A stretch of 61,730 nt of DNA, the filler included. It is 4 parts of 4 records of this genome, joined end to end, with 100 filler letters (N's around TTAATTAATTAA, not from the genome) between each part and the next. Parts side by side here need not be neighbours in the genome. Positions count along the whole stretch, not along the records: positions 1 to 16,109 come from SRR22947727_2537; 3 more parts are not named here. One strand, written 5' to 3'. A program made the position numbers and the translations under genes. Shown one piece after another: positions 1 through 9,221 of the stretch; positions within the stretch are counted from its first letter, which is position 1; every line of letters begins with the position of its first letter. The notes under the pieces were generated by a model. It saw nothing but the letters and a program-made list of their open reading frames with translations, had not been told where the DNA came from and ran no database searches.

Positions 1-51
1 TAGAAGACCTTTCTTTTTCGGATCTTCCTTAGGTGTGGTTTCTTGTGACAT
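1..51 (-). CDS. 5' end of a phage hypothetical protein (MSQETTPKEDPKKKGLL...), truncated by the window edge
   Basis: ATG at 51 overlaps the regA stop (TAATG) and the frame is open to position 1. Confidence 0.55.
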   Translation of the reverse strand, partial: MSQETTPKEDPKKKGLL

Positions 52-473
52 TAGGATTCAACAGTTTGTTTTTTCTTCCCAATATTATATTTGGACTCTA
101 GAGACCATTCACCTTTATCCTTAAAGGACAAAACTTTGATTTGGTTAAGGGGAGCAAGCTCTCCTACCTCTTCATCACGAGCAATGTCAATCAGACCCCA
201 GTCTGATAACAGTTTCGCAATGCGACTTCTACGCTCGATATCATTCGTAGTGATGTTTGTTGGCTTACCATCCAACGCAAACAACTCCTTGAAGTGTACG
301 ACGTAATACTTACCACGTTTGTGGAGAATGTGACAAGACTGATATAGTTTGCGCTCTTTCCTTGACGCAACACCAATACGGGTGAGGGTTTCTCTTACCT
401 TGAGAAAATCGTCGGGTTCTTTAAGCGTCACTTCGAGCATCATGTCTTGAGACCATTGGATCTCATCGCTCAT
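51..473 (-). CDS. regA: RegA translational repressor (T4-like)
   Basis: FLKVRETLTRIG...LYQSCHILHKRGKYYVVHFKELFALDG signature; lies directly after gp62. Confidence 0.96.
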   Translation of the reverse strand: MSDEIQWSQDMMLEVTLKEPDDFLKVRETLTRIGVASRKERKLYQSCHILHKRGKYYVVHFKELFALDGKPTNITTNDIERRSRIAKLLSDWGLIDIARDEEVGELAPLNQIKVLSFKDKGEWSLESKYNIGKKKQTVES

Positions 474-862
474 TTCTTACCTCCAGTATTCAATTTAGAT
501 GCAATAATTTTTATCTGGTCCTGGGTTAGAATCTTTAGCGCCGCTTGTGCTTTATCAGTGTTGTAACCATAGTATTTTTTAACTAGGTCAAGATCACTGT
601 CCTTTATCTTCTTGTCCCACGGGGAGAATCTCTTCGATTTCCTAACACTATATAGGAAATATTGATATTGTAAGTCACTATCTAAATTCTGGCACGCATT
701 CATCTCATTAGCGTGCATCAACGTGTCGATGTGATGCATCATACACTTATTGATAACGTATGCTGGATACTTCTTCATGGCAATAGGATCCTCTGAGAGA
801 TCCCCTTGCTTCAGGTTGATACTGTTAAGGTAATCCTTAAGAGGGATGTCATACTGTTTCAT
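470..862 (-). CDS. gp62: Clamp loader small subunit gp62
   Basis: YLNSIN...YPAYVINKCM...ANEMN...VRKSKRFSPW...VKKYYGY; canonical position before regA. Confidence 0.92.
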   Translation of the reverse strand: MKQYDIPLKDYLNSINLKQGDLSEDPIAMKKYPAYVINKCMMHHIDTLMHANEMNACQNLDSDLQYQYFLYSVRKSKRFSPWDKKIKDSDLDLVKKYYGYNTDKAQAALKILTQDQIKIIASKLNTGGKK

Positions 863-1694
863 AGAGGGATGCTAGAGGAGTAGATTCAGTGAAGTTAGTG
901 ACCAACAATTCAGTCTTGAGTTTATTATCTGGACGGTGCTTCATACCATAGGTAATACGAAACTCTTCTTGATGATAGTTAGTATATGCTTCTTTCAACT
1001 CATCGTCAACATTATATGTCACCAACCATTTGTGAGGACATACCTTACAGTCCTCTACAAACTTTGAGTGATCAAAATTCTTATGCATCTCTGCGTTAGT
1101 GCCATACAAAAAGGTCTTGATTTTATATGGAGGGTCTAGGAAGATGAATGTATCACTCAACCCGCAGTCATTATTCATTACGATCTCGTAATCTAGGTTA
1201 GTGATACGCCAGTGTTGGATAATCTGAGAGATACTCTTCAGATGATTAGCACCACGAGTAGTAAAGTTTTGATTAGATGCAGTCTTAGAGAAGGAAGAGT
1301 TCTCAGTCAACCCGCTATAACTGCACTTATTAAGAATCCAAAAAAGCTGAGCTTGACGAAAAGTGTCTGCCTTGGAAATCTCTGCTTTAGCAGCGACAAA
1401 CAACTCCTTTGCCTTGTCTTCGCTGCTATGCTCAGTTTTAATCTCGTAGAGTGTTTCAGATAACTCATCCCCACGATCCTGTAACGTCTTCCAGAAACTG
1501 TAGAGATACTCATACTTATCATTAATCCATACGGGGGTGTCGGGATACTTCTGAGTGAAGAGAAGTGCAAGACTTGCTCCACCCACAAAGGGCTCACGAA
1601 ATTCTGAGATGTTAGTTGGAAACTTCTCAATCAAATTCTTTGCTACCCTTGATTTACCACCAGGATAACGAAGTGGAGTTTTCAAATACTTCAT
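849..1694 (-). CDS. dam: DNA N6-adenine methyltransferase (Dam/D12 class)
   Basis: PLRYPGGKS, EPFVGGAS (SAM binding) and FLDPPY catalytic motif. Confidence 0.92.
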   Translation of the reverse strand: MKYLKTPLRYPGGKSRVAKNLIEKFPTNISEFREPFVGGASLALLFTQKYPDTPVWINDKYEYLYSFWKTLQDRGDELSETLYEIKTEHSSEDKAKELFVAAKAEISKADTFRQAQLFWILNKCSYSGLTENSSFSKTASNQNFTTRGANHLKSISQIIQHWRITNLDYEIVMNNDCGLSDTFIFLDPPYKIKTFLYGTNAEMHKNFDHSKFVEDCKVCPHKWLVTYNVDDELKEAYTNYHQEEFRITYGMKHRPDNKLKTELLVTNFTESTPLASLYETV

Positions 1695-2335
1695 AAAATA
1701 GAAACGTGAAGTTGTGGCATATCAAATGGACCATTATTAATCTTACCACATGGGAATACGTTGAATGAAATCGTCCAACGATCATAATTATCTAGTTGAC
1801 GACCTGAGTAGTGTCGTAACCAGGAGGGAAAGAGAATAAGTTTATTATCCTGTGCATCAACCTTCTCATTGATACCCCACTCACAATTCATCTTATCATC
1901 TTGGAAGACATCTAGTGTGTCATATGTACGAGGTGTAACAGGGTCATCAAAGAATGTGGGAGCACCAGGAGTGAGATAATAGACAGCACTCAGATAGGAC
2001 ATTGGATGTCTATGTAAGGGGTGTCCAAACCCACTCCCTGCAGGTGCATGGTTAAACCACATAGAAGAGATCTCTAGTCCATCACAGTAAAGTTTGTAAG
2101 CATACCTATACTCTGCCAGACAGTCCCAGAAAAACTGCCTCAACTCTGTGATAGGACCCTCTTCTACCTTATGGAGATCAGGACGTGATGTAATGACACC
2201 TTCAGGAAAGTTAGACTGCTGAGCAGGATAACCATCCATGGATTCAATCACACGTTGATTGAGAGTCTCGTCAGGTTGTTGATATGTCCTGCACACGACA
2301 GGAAACATATGTAATTCAGTCCCTTGCATATTCAT
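1691..2335 (-). CDS. Putative 2OG-Fe(II) oxygenase (TIGR02466-like)
   Basis: WFN...HRHPMSYLSAVYYL...LILFPSWLRH...RWTISFN pattern. Confidence 0.8.
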   Translation of the reverse strand: MNMQGTELHMFPVVCRTYQQPDETLNQRVIESMDGYPAQQSNFPEGVITSRPDLHKVEEGPITELRQFFWDCLAEYRYAYKLYCDGLEISSMWFNHAPAGSGFGHPLHRHPMSYLSAVYYLTPGAPTFFDDPVTPRTYDTLDVFQDDKMNCEWGINEKVDAQDNKLILFPSWLRHYSGRQLDNYDRWTISFNVFPCGKINNGPFDMPQLHVSIL

Positions 2336-2978
2336 CCAAATTCAATGGTCCAAGATCCTTCCATCCTTCAGTCTTAACTCTGGCCATGGGTAAACCATGG
2401 CCACCTAGATTGATGTCCCCTGAGGGGAATGTATTAAATGCCATAGAGTATCTATCGACATCTTCTGTATTGGGAGCAGATGCATGAATCATGTAACTAG
2501 GAAATAGTAACAGACCACCAGCACCACCATGATATGCCAACTCACTGTTGACTCTACCATCCAAATAAAAGGATCCCCACTCCCTCTGAAAGAGAGGGTC
2601 AATGAAGATCGTAGGAGCACCCTGAGTGAGGTAAAAGATACCACTGTAGTATGACATAGGATGCCTGTGAGCGTCGTGGTGGTGCCCAGACCCTGCTACA
2701 GATTTGTTTGCCCATGCCTTATTAACCACTAACCTATCGCAGTTGAGACCAGTGTCAACATGCACTGTATCAACACACTCCTGAAACCAAGACATAAGTG
2801 GAGAAAAGATTTCTCGTCCTTGAATATCTGCTGAAGTGAGGACACCTGTAGGTTCGTTAAAAGACTTATACTCCAGGTTTAGTAGAAGACCTAGAGTGCT
2901 ATCCAGGAGAAATCGATCACAACGAAACTCATAACACTGAATAGGAAAGAAGTTTAATGGTTGATAGTTTTGTCTCAC
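2316..2978 (-). CDS. Putative 2OG-Fe(II) oxygenase (TIGR02466-like), paralog of the neighbour
   Basis: WAN...HRHPMSYYSGIFYL...LLLFPSYMIH...RYSMAFN pattern. Confidence 0.8.
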   Translation of the reverse strand: MRQNYQPLNFFPIQCYEFRCDRFLLDSTLGLLLNLEYKSFNEPTGVLTSADIQGREIFSPLMSWFQECVDTVHVDTGLNCDRLVVNKAWANKSVAGSGHHHDAHRHPMSYYSGIFYLTQGAPTIFIDPLFQREWGSFYLDGRVNSELAYHGGAGGLLLFPSYMIHASAPNTEDVDRYSMAFNTFPSGDINLGGHGLPMARVKTEGWKDLGPLNLDEYARD

Positions 2979-3178
2979 ATGTAACCCTCATATGGATTTT
3001 GTTTTGCCTCCAACAATACACCGTTAACCTTATCAATTAGATCTTCCATAGAGTAATGCAACCTACGGTATCCGCTGCCAACATATAGTTGACCTAGCAG
3101 TACTGAAATAGTAGCAGCACCCCAGAAGATATAATAAAATTTAGACTTAACCTGTGCTCTCCTCTTTTCAATCATCAC
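2975..3178 (-). CDS. Small hypothetical protein with one predicted membrane helix
   Basis: Hydrophobic stretch FYYIFWGAATISVLLGQLYV; 4-nt overlaps with both neighbours. Confidence 0.7.
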   Translation of the reverse strand: MMIEKRRAQVKSKFYYIFWGAATISVLLGQLYVGSGYRRLHYSMEDLIDKVNGVLLEAKQNPYEGYM

Positions 3179-3465
3179 ATAATCAGTTTTTTACTAGGGG
3201 TCTCGATTATACTAAACATTTGCTCAAACTGTTGGACGACTGCCTCTTGAGTATCAAGAGGACCGAAGACAAGATAGTCTTTAGGGACAGTCACAGGTGC
3301 ATCACGTCCATTCAGAAGTGGTGCCCAAGGAGCAAACCCCAGTCTACCTTCTCCACTAGGAATAGCGACAATAGGGTTACAGATTGTGAGACTATCTTCA
3401 GTCTCTTCGATCAGGTCTGCAACGACATCTTCGCCAGACCGCATACGGAATACTTTTACATTCAT
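3175..3465 (-). CDS. Conserved T4-like hypothetical protein (possible Sm-like fold)
   Basis: MNVKVFRMRSGEDVVADL start typical of small T4-like beta proteins; coupled to gp44. Confidence 0.7.
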   Translation of the reverse strand: MNVKVFRMRSGEDVVADLIEETEDSLTICNPIVAIPSGEGRLGFAPWAPLLNGRDAPVTVPKDYLVFGPLDTQEAVVQQFEQMFSIIETPSKKLIM

Positions 3466-4409
3466 TTGAATTCACATCTCATCATTAATTCGGTCAGGAA
3501 TGCCACCATGTTGATCTCTTGGTCAACAACGAAAGCAGACTTATACTGATACTCAGAGATGACCAGCACTGCTTCAGGAATTGACTTCGGTTGGACATGG
3601 GTATAGAGGTTGTCATAGATTTTTCTCATGATAGAAATAGGCTCGTTGTCCATATTCTGAGTTACCCACTTCTTCATGTTGGTAAACTCTTTCGAGCGAA
3701 TATATCCTACGAGGTTGGTAATGTTGATGTCATTGGAGACACCAAGGATACCTGTATCAATCTTCCCAGAAGAAGAATACCGTTGCAACTCATTGAGTGT
3801 GCGACGGAAGTCAGGGAAGTGTTTCTGGACTACCTCAGCGACAACCTTTGGATCATAGTTGACGCTCTCACTATCTAGGATAGTTTTAACACGGTTGAAA
3901 AATGCTCCTGCTAGTGCTTGCTTTTCCTTACCCTTGAGTGCAAAGTCAACAACAGAGCATCGTGAGTGTAGGGGAGAGATGATCTTATTCTTGTAGTTAC
4001 AAGTAAAGATGAATCTACAATTCCCCTGAAACTCTTCAATGCAAGCACGAAGAAGCATCTGCACATCAGGTGTGGTGTTATCTGCCTCATCAATAATGAT
4101 GACCTTATGCTTAGCAGTGGAGGTCAGAGAGACAGTAGAAGCATATACCTTTGCCTGATTACGAACGGTATCGAGGAAACGACCTTCATCAGATCCGTTG
4201 ATAACCAGACAGTCGGCACCTAACTCCTTACACAGTGCCTTAGCGATAGTAGTTTTACCCACACCAGCAGACCCTGAGAGTAAGAGATTAGGGATCTCAC
4301 CCTGATCCAGAAAACCTTGAAAGATTTCCTTAGTGCTTCCTGGTAGAATACATTCGTCAATAGTTTGAGGACGATACTTTTCTACCCAAAGAAACATTTT
4401 ATTACTCAT
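3462..4409 (-). CDS. gp44: Clamp loader large subunit gp44 (AAA+)
   Basis: LWVEKYRP, Walker A GSAGVGKTT, Walker B IIIDEAD, SRC motif. Confidence 0.97.
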   Translation of the reverse strand: MSNKMFLWVEKYRPQTIDECILPGSTKEIFQGFLDQGEIPNLLLSGSAGVGKTTIAKALCKELGADCLVINGSDEGRFLDTVRNQAKVYASTVSLTSTAKHKVIIIDEADNTTPDVQMLLRACIEEFQGNCRFIFTCNYKNKIISPLHSRCSVVDFALKGKEKQALAGAFFNRVKTILDSESVNYDPKVVAEVVQKHFPDFRRTLNELQRYSSSGKIDTGILGVSNDINITNLVGYIRSKEFTNMKKWVTQNMDNEPISIMRKIYDNLYTHVQPKSIPEAVLVISEYQYKSAFVVDQEINMVAFLTELMMRCEFK

Positions 4410-5128
4410 TTGTTAGGCTCTAGTGCGATGAAGTAGTTGAGTGAGGAGTTAGAGAGACTGGAGAAGTTAGCGATGTTACGTCGTGAGAGCGTTACATGAT
4501 AACTGCCAGGGAGGAGTTTCAGATTCTCAACCTTGAAACAATAGCAGAATGTCATACGCTCAACTGACATATTCTGCGGATCACTGAAGGTTGGTTTCTT
4601 CAGTGGCAAGGAGAAGACATTAGAAGTGTCATTCTTCTTGTCTTTCACGCAGATACTATACTCACCTTCATATCCATAGATGCAGAGGTCTTCTACACCA
4701 TAGACTTTAGATGCCTGCATCAGTTGCTCCAGGTCCTGCTGTGGCAGGTCAAAGAACAATTCAGGATCAGGGAGGTCAGGATTAAACTCAGGGACTCTAC
4801 CGATGATCTCGGGGTCACTGTAGTAGAAAGTAGTCTTACCCTTGGTGTCTTCATCATAGATCACAACCTTCTTGCTATCAGGGAAGAAGAGAGTGGGATT
4901 CTTGAAGAGGGACAGAGCACCAAGAAACAGAGGCAGATCATAGATTGCCATCTGCTCAGGGAATGCTTCACGGACTTGCGTGGCAGCGATGATATTCTTA
5001 TTGACTGACATGGTTTCGATAAACTTACCAGGATCAATAAGAATAGACTTGTTAATAGCACTGAAATTGCGAAGCAACTCAACGGTTTGCTTGCTCAATT
5101 TAACAGTTTGTCTTGCTTCGGCTTGCAT
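4406..5128 (-). CDS. gp45: Sliding clamp gp45
   Basis: KLSKQTVELLRNFSAINKSI, IYDL, FKVENLKLLPGSYHV, YFIALE; adjacent to gp44. Confidence 0.93.
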   Translation of the reverse strand: MQAEARQTVKLSKQTVELLRNFSAINKSILIDPGKFIETMSVNKNIIAATQVREAFPEQMAIYDLPLFLGALSLFKNPTLFFPDSKKVVIYDEDTKGKTTFYYSDPEIIGRVPEFNPDLPDPELFFDLPQQDLEQLMQASKVYGVEDLCIYGYEGEYSICVKDKKNDTSNVFSLPLKKPTFSDPQNMSVERMTFCYCFKVENLKLLPGSYHVTLSRRNIANFSSLSNSSLNYFIALEPNK

Positions 5129-5130
5129 AG

Positions 5131-5418
5131 TTACTGGGGGTAAGTTTCGGTTATTGCGGACTGGTCGCTGAAGTGAATCAGCAACACAGCATAGTGTAGC
5201 ACTTTCATAAGGTCACGTCTAGGAGTGCCTTTCTTGTCATAGCGAGAAGCATACTTTAGGATGTTACTCCTACAGAATGCTTCAGCGTCACCACAAGCAT
5301 TGATGAGATCAAGGGTCTGGATACCTTCGTCACCACTGGAATAGTGTTGCCGATAGGTGCCGATGATGTAGTCTTTCAACTCCTTGATGATCTCATCTTC
5401 GTTATACTTGTTTGCCAT
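5131..5418 (-). CDS. DUF3310-like phage protein
   Basis: QHY...IQTLDLI...FCRSNILKYASRYDKKG...DLMKVLHY pattern. Confidence 0.7.
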   Translation of the reverse strand: MANKYNEDEIIKELKDYIIGTYRQHYSSGDEGIQTLDLINACGDAEAFCRSNILKYASRYDKKGTPRRDLMKVLHYAVLLIHFSDQSAITETYPQ

Positions 5419-5440
5419 AATATACGGAAGTTATCTGTAA

Positions 5441-5469
5441 AGGATATCAGAGATTGAGGGGATTGTCAA
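5441..5469 (-). promoter_or_regulatory. Sigma70-type promoter for the DUF3310-gp45-gp44 run
   Basis: Minus strand TTGACA (5469-5464), 17 nt, TATCCT (5446-5441), with TGn immediately before the -10. Confidence 0.65.
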
Positions 5470-6529
5470 CAGAGATGTCAACATCGGCATCAATCTTATC
5501 ATACAATTCAATAAATGATTGCTTGGTTTCGTCATCGAAACGGTTGAGGCACACCTTGATTGCCTTCACACGGTCAGAGAAGATGCTGTAAGCACGGATG
5601 ATGTGGACAAGACGACGGGTGGAGATTACCTCATCAACACCACCATCCTTGAAAGTCTTACGGATGATGTCTGCCCAAGAAACAAGATTCTTGATGTAAG
5701 AATCATCACAACAATCTAACTCTTTGCAGTAGTTGTTGAGCATCTTGATCTCAAGAGCAGGTGCAGGATAGTCTTGCTCAAAGGTCACAGGAAAACGCTC
5801 AAGGAATGCCTCATTGAGTACGTTAGTGCCGATGAAACGACCGTCATCACTACCCTTACCTTTGGTATTAGCAGTAGCGAAGATGTTGAAACCAGGAGCA
5901 GGTGTGACGTGACGACCAATCTTCTTAAGGAAGACACCCTTACCTTCTAGAATAGACTGCAAGCATAGGATCTTGTTAGAGGCGAGGTCGATCTCATCCA
6001 GAAGGAGCACTGCTCCACGTTCGAGTGCTTCAATGACAGGTCCATTGTGCCATACAGTATTCCCGTCAACAAGCCTGAAACCACCGATAAGGTCATCTTC
6101 ATCTGTTTCTACAGTAATGTTTACGCGGATTAACTCACGTCCGAGAGCAGCACATGCTTGATCAACACCAAGGGTTTTACCGTTACCAGAGAGACCAGTA
6201 ATGAATGTAGGGTAAAAGATCTTGGACTTGATGATCTTCTTAAGGTCAGTAGCGTTGCCGAAGGGCACGTAGTTAATATCCTTAGGAGGAATAAGTGACT
6301 CGCTCTGCTTAACAACAGTCTCAAGTTGTTGCTTAATTTCTTGCACAGACAGATTCCACTTACCAATGCCTGCCTTGTAATCAACAAGACGCTTCTTGAC
6401 AGTAGCGAAGGAGCAAGAGAAGTGCTCAGCAGCACCTAACAATTCCGTAGTACCGACGCGCTCGCCATGCTTGTTTTGGAGGTAGTCAACGATTTGGTCA
6501 GTGGTCACAGAGTGAGATGCGAATGTCAT
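5447..6529 (-). CDS. cobS: CobS-like MoxR-family AAA+ ATPase
   Basis: GLSGNGKT Walker A, LLLDEID Walker B, EDDLIGG, NEAFLERF, ISTRRL; start moved to ATG 6529 because a TATAAT promoter lies in the longer ORF's extension. Confidence 0.88.
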   Translation of the reverse strand: MTFASHSVTTDQIVDYLQNKHGERVGTTELLGAAEHFSCSFATVKKRLVDYKAGIGKWNLSVQEIKQQLETVVKQSESLIPPKDINYVPFGNATDLKKIIKSKIFYPTFITGLSGNGKTLGVDQACAALGRELIRVNITVETDEDDLIGGFRLVDGNTVWHNGPVIEALERGAVLLLDEIDLASNKILCLQSILEGKGVFLKKIGRHVTPAPGFNIFATANTKGKGSDDGRFIGTNVLNEAFLERFPVTFEQDYPAPALEIKMLNNYCKELDCCDDSYIKNLVSWADIIRKTFKDGGVDEVISTRRLVHIIRAYSIFSDRVKAIKVCLNRFDDETKQSFIELYDKIDADVDISVDNPLNL

Positions 6530-6554
6530 GTGTTTCTTTGTTGTGTATACAGTT

Positions 6555-6612
6555 ATTATACACAGGCAGGAGTGGAGTAGTAGTCCACCCATGACGGTTT
6601 GTGATCTGGCAC
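6555..6612 (-). promoter_or_regulatory. Promoter upstream of cobS: GTGCCAG-N8-CCGTCAT-N30-TATAAT
   Basis: Perfect TATAAT at 6560-6555 with TG upstream; same architecture as the 9222-9279 promoter. Confidence 0.65.
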
Positions 6613-7092
6613 ACGTAGGTAGTTAGTTGCTACCCATGGTTTGCTTGCCACATACCGTTGATATGCTTCGATAGTAGAGATACTATCGTCAAACTTCCAC
6701 TGATCAGGCATAGCACGAGCAAATGGAGTGTGGTCATCAGGACAACCATGCTGGTATGTAAGTGCAGCGAGAGTGATTGTCGGTTGACAGGCATGTTTTT
6801 TACCGTATCTATATGTATATTCTTCACATAAAGAAATACCATGCTGCATCAACCACTGGATATTATCATCAGACTCTGCTACCCATTTAGTGCAAGGGTG
6901 ATTACGAAATGCACCCTTCTCTGTAGCGTAAGGAGTCCCATCTTTCTTCAGGATGGGACCCTCATTGAGATACCACTTACTGAATACAATAGCGAGCATC
7001 TGACAACACTCTAGTGGCATCTTGACGATGTGTTTGTCTGGCAGACAAGTTGCTGCCAAGACAGGATCATCATCTACTGCAAAGATATTCAT
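6556..7092 (-). CDS. Pyrimidine-dimer DNA glycosylase / endonuclease V-like protein
   Basis: MNIF...DKHIVKMPLECCQML...NHPCTKW...LCEEYTYRYGKKH...FARAMP pattern of phage DenV-like proteins. Confidence 0.75.
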   Translation of the reverse strand: MNIFAVDDDPVLAATCLPDKHIVKMPLECCQMLAIVFSKWYLNEGPILKKDGTPYATEKGAFRNHPCTKWVAESDDNIQWLMQHGISLCEEYTYRYGKKHACQPTITLAALTYQHGCPDDHTPFARAMPDQWKFDDSISTIEAYQRYVASKPWVATNYLRVPDHKPSWVDYYSTPACV

Positions 7093-9200
7093 GCAATTTG
7101 GTTGATAAAGGACGAGAGGATTTTCTTGTTGTTAGACTTTGCCTTGAGAGTCTTCTTGAAGGCACGAGTAATCTGTGCCTTGGATGCATCCTCCTCTACA
7201 TCAAACTCTACATCTTCATTCAACTTGTTACTCTGAATTAGAAACAATTCTTGATACCCCATGATTGGAGCAGAGGTTGACTTGTGCTTCTTGAATACAT
7301 CAGAAGCACTCTTCCTCTGTGGTTGAGTAAGATTGTTGAAGTTTTGGATAATGTAGTTGATGTCACGGGTGCTACCAAGACGGAATCCAGTGAAGTTGCA
7401 CTGTGGGAAACGACCCTTCATATAACGTAAGAGAGTTTCAGTCATGTAGTTACCCCACTGTGGTGTGTTGTATGTACGACCCGTCTTGCGACAACGGATA
7501 GCGACATTATTAGGCATTGCAGAGCGATGAATCCTGTCGTCATAGGTAGACCTGACCCAGCATCCAGACCAGTTGCTCTCACCATCAGACAAAATAGTGA
7601 CGTGACACTTCTCAACACCATGCTTAGCAGTGAATGCAGGAATCAGAGTCTGTAGACACATGATTGCCTCATTTAGAGGGGTGCCACCGAGCATAAGGTG
7701 AGGGGGAATACAATCAGGGACAGGACGCTCAGCGAATGGATTACGGTTGCCGTAGCGTTGCTCATACATCTGAGAAACACGGTAAAGATCCCTAGCATAA
7801 CGGTCAAAAGTGCTGTTATTAAGGTCACTGCTGAGCAATTCTACAAGGTGGAAGTGCTTAGCAACATAGAAGTCATTCTCATTACCAACAGTCTCTTCAT
7901 AGTCACGATCGTATGATGCATCATTTACGAAGGCATACACACTGAATGGAATACCAGACTTGCGACAGAAGAAGCACAGTGACAATAGTTGCCTGAATGT
8001 ATCGTGAATAATTTCTGCCATAGATCCAGACCAGTCAACGAGGAAGACTAGACCATGATTCTTACCATCAGGGCGGACTGTGACCTTCTTAAAGAGATCT
8101 TCGTTGTAAAGATACTGATGAAGTTTAGCAGTGTCAAGCACACCAGTCTTAGAGATCGACTCACGAGCGTGTGCTGCTGCAGACTTCTTCATCTCAAACT
8201 CTTTCTGAAGATATGACACCTCACGGGTGCAATCTCTCTTAAAATTGTTGTAGTTTTGATCTGAAACAGTCCAGTCAAGTACGTTGTTTGGGAATCCAGG
8301 TTGCGTATATTCAGACCAGTGTGTCTGTGACATATCATTGACCATTTTAGGGTCAATAATGACGTGCTTAAGGTCAACATTAGGGATCTCAAGATACCTA
8401 GTCTCATGGTTACTGTTTTCAGTTGCAATGTCCTGCAGTGCTTCTTCAAGAGACTCATCAGTCATTGCCTCTTCACCACCATTACGGTTGAATGAAGGTG
8501 TGTCAAGGTCTGCATCATCCTGACCTTCATCATCACCGTCTTGCTCTTCACCATCATCACCTCCAGAGGAAGGTTGCTCATCTTGTGCTTCCTGCTTGTC
8601 GCTGCCACCACCAGAATTGTTGTCTACATCAGTGATATTATCAATTTTCTGCTGATCTGCTTCTGCTTTTTCAAACTCTTTGATAGCGACAGCAGCATCG
8701 ATAGCATCTTGGAAAGACTCTGCCTCACCTACTGCATCACGAAGAGGAATCTCTTCAGTAGAGAAGGGCATAAAGGCATTTGCACCCAATTTATAGTAAA
8801 GATTGATACGGTCAATCAGTTTGAGTGAGTTGGTATTGATCTCCTTGACGCTGAAGAAATCATCTTCATGAAGTTGCTTGTATCCACCATAGAAATCCTT
8901 AGAAATACCTGCAAATTTGCGTTTCATTAGTTTCTCAATGCGAGCATCCTCGGTCACATTGACATAAGACTTGGGGCAAGGAAGATTGTCCAGAAGGTCA
9001 CCGTCTGGAGTGAAGAGAGCGTGTCCTACTTCATGTGCTACCAGCAGGTTGAAGACGATTTCCTTAGCATTCCAGATAGGGAGGGTCAAGACTCGCCTAT
9101 GCACATCAAAGGATGCTGTGCTGACTGCCCTGTGCTCCACAACGAGGTTTTCAGCAGCGAGTAGTTTGGCGAGAGTGCCTTTGACTTCTTGTACGGTCAT
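7089..9200 (-). CDS. CobT-like protein: N-terminal HExxH zincin-like domain, acidic linker, C-terminal vWA domain
   Basis: AHEVGHALFT, NVTEDARIE, D/G/E-rich linker, MIDAS LVDWSGSM...GGTPL...LSDGE; start at ATG 9200 downstream of a TATAAT. Confidence 0.82.
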   Translation of the reverse strand: MTVQEVKGTLAKLLAAENLVVEHRAVSTASFDVHRRVLTLPIWNAKEIVFNLLVAHEVGHALFTPDGDLLDNLPCPKSYVNVTEDARIEKLMKRKFAGISKDFYGGYKQLHEDDFFSVKEINTNSLKLIDRINLYYKLGANAFMPFSTEEIPLRDAVGEAESFQDAIDAAVAIKEFEKAEADQQKIDNITDVDNNSGGGSDKQEAQDEQPSSGGDDGEEQDGDDEGQDDADLDTPSFNRNGGEEAMTDESLEEALQDIATENSNHETRYLEIPNVDLKHVIIDPKMVNDMSQTHWSEYTQPGFPNNVLDWTVSDQNYNNFKRDCTREVSYLQKEFEMKKSAAAHARESISKTGVLDTAKLHQYLYNEDLFKKVTVRPDGKNHGLVFLVDWSGSMAEIIHDTFRQLLSLCFFCRKSGIPFSVYAFVNDASYDRDYEETVGNENDFYVAKHFHLVELLSSDLNNSTFDRYARDLYRVSQMYEQRYGNRNPFAERPVPDCIPPHLMLGGTPLNEAIMCLQTLIPAFTAKHGVEKCHVTILSDGESNWSGCWVRSTYDDRIHRSAMPNNVAIRCRKTGRTYNTPQWGNYMTETLLRYMKGRFPQCNFTGFRLGSTRDINYIIQNFNNLTQPQRKSASDVFKKHKSTSAPIMGYQELFLIQSNKLNEDVEFDVEEDASKAQITRAFKKTLKAKSNNKKILSSFINQIA

Positions 9201-9221
9201 GCTTTCTTTGTGTATGAATCT

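Noticed and set aside
5447-6529. cobS as an auxiliary cobalamin-synthesis gene
   Set aside because: No cobN or other cob genes are present; the AAA plus vWA pairing is better explained as a MoxR-type system.
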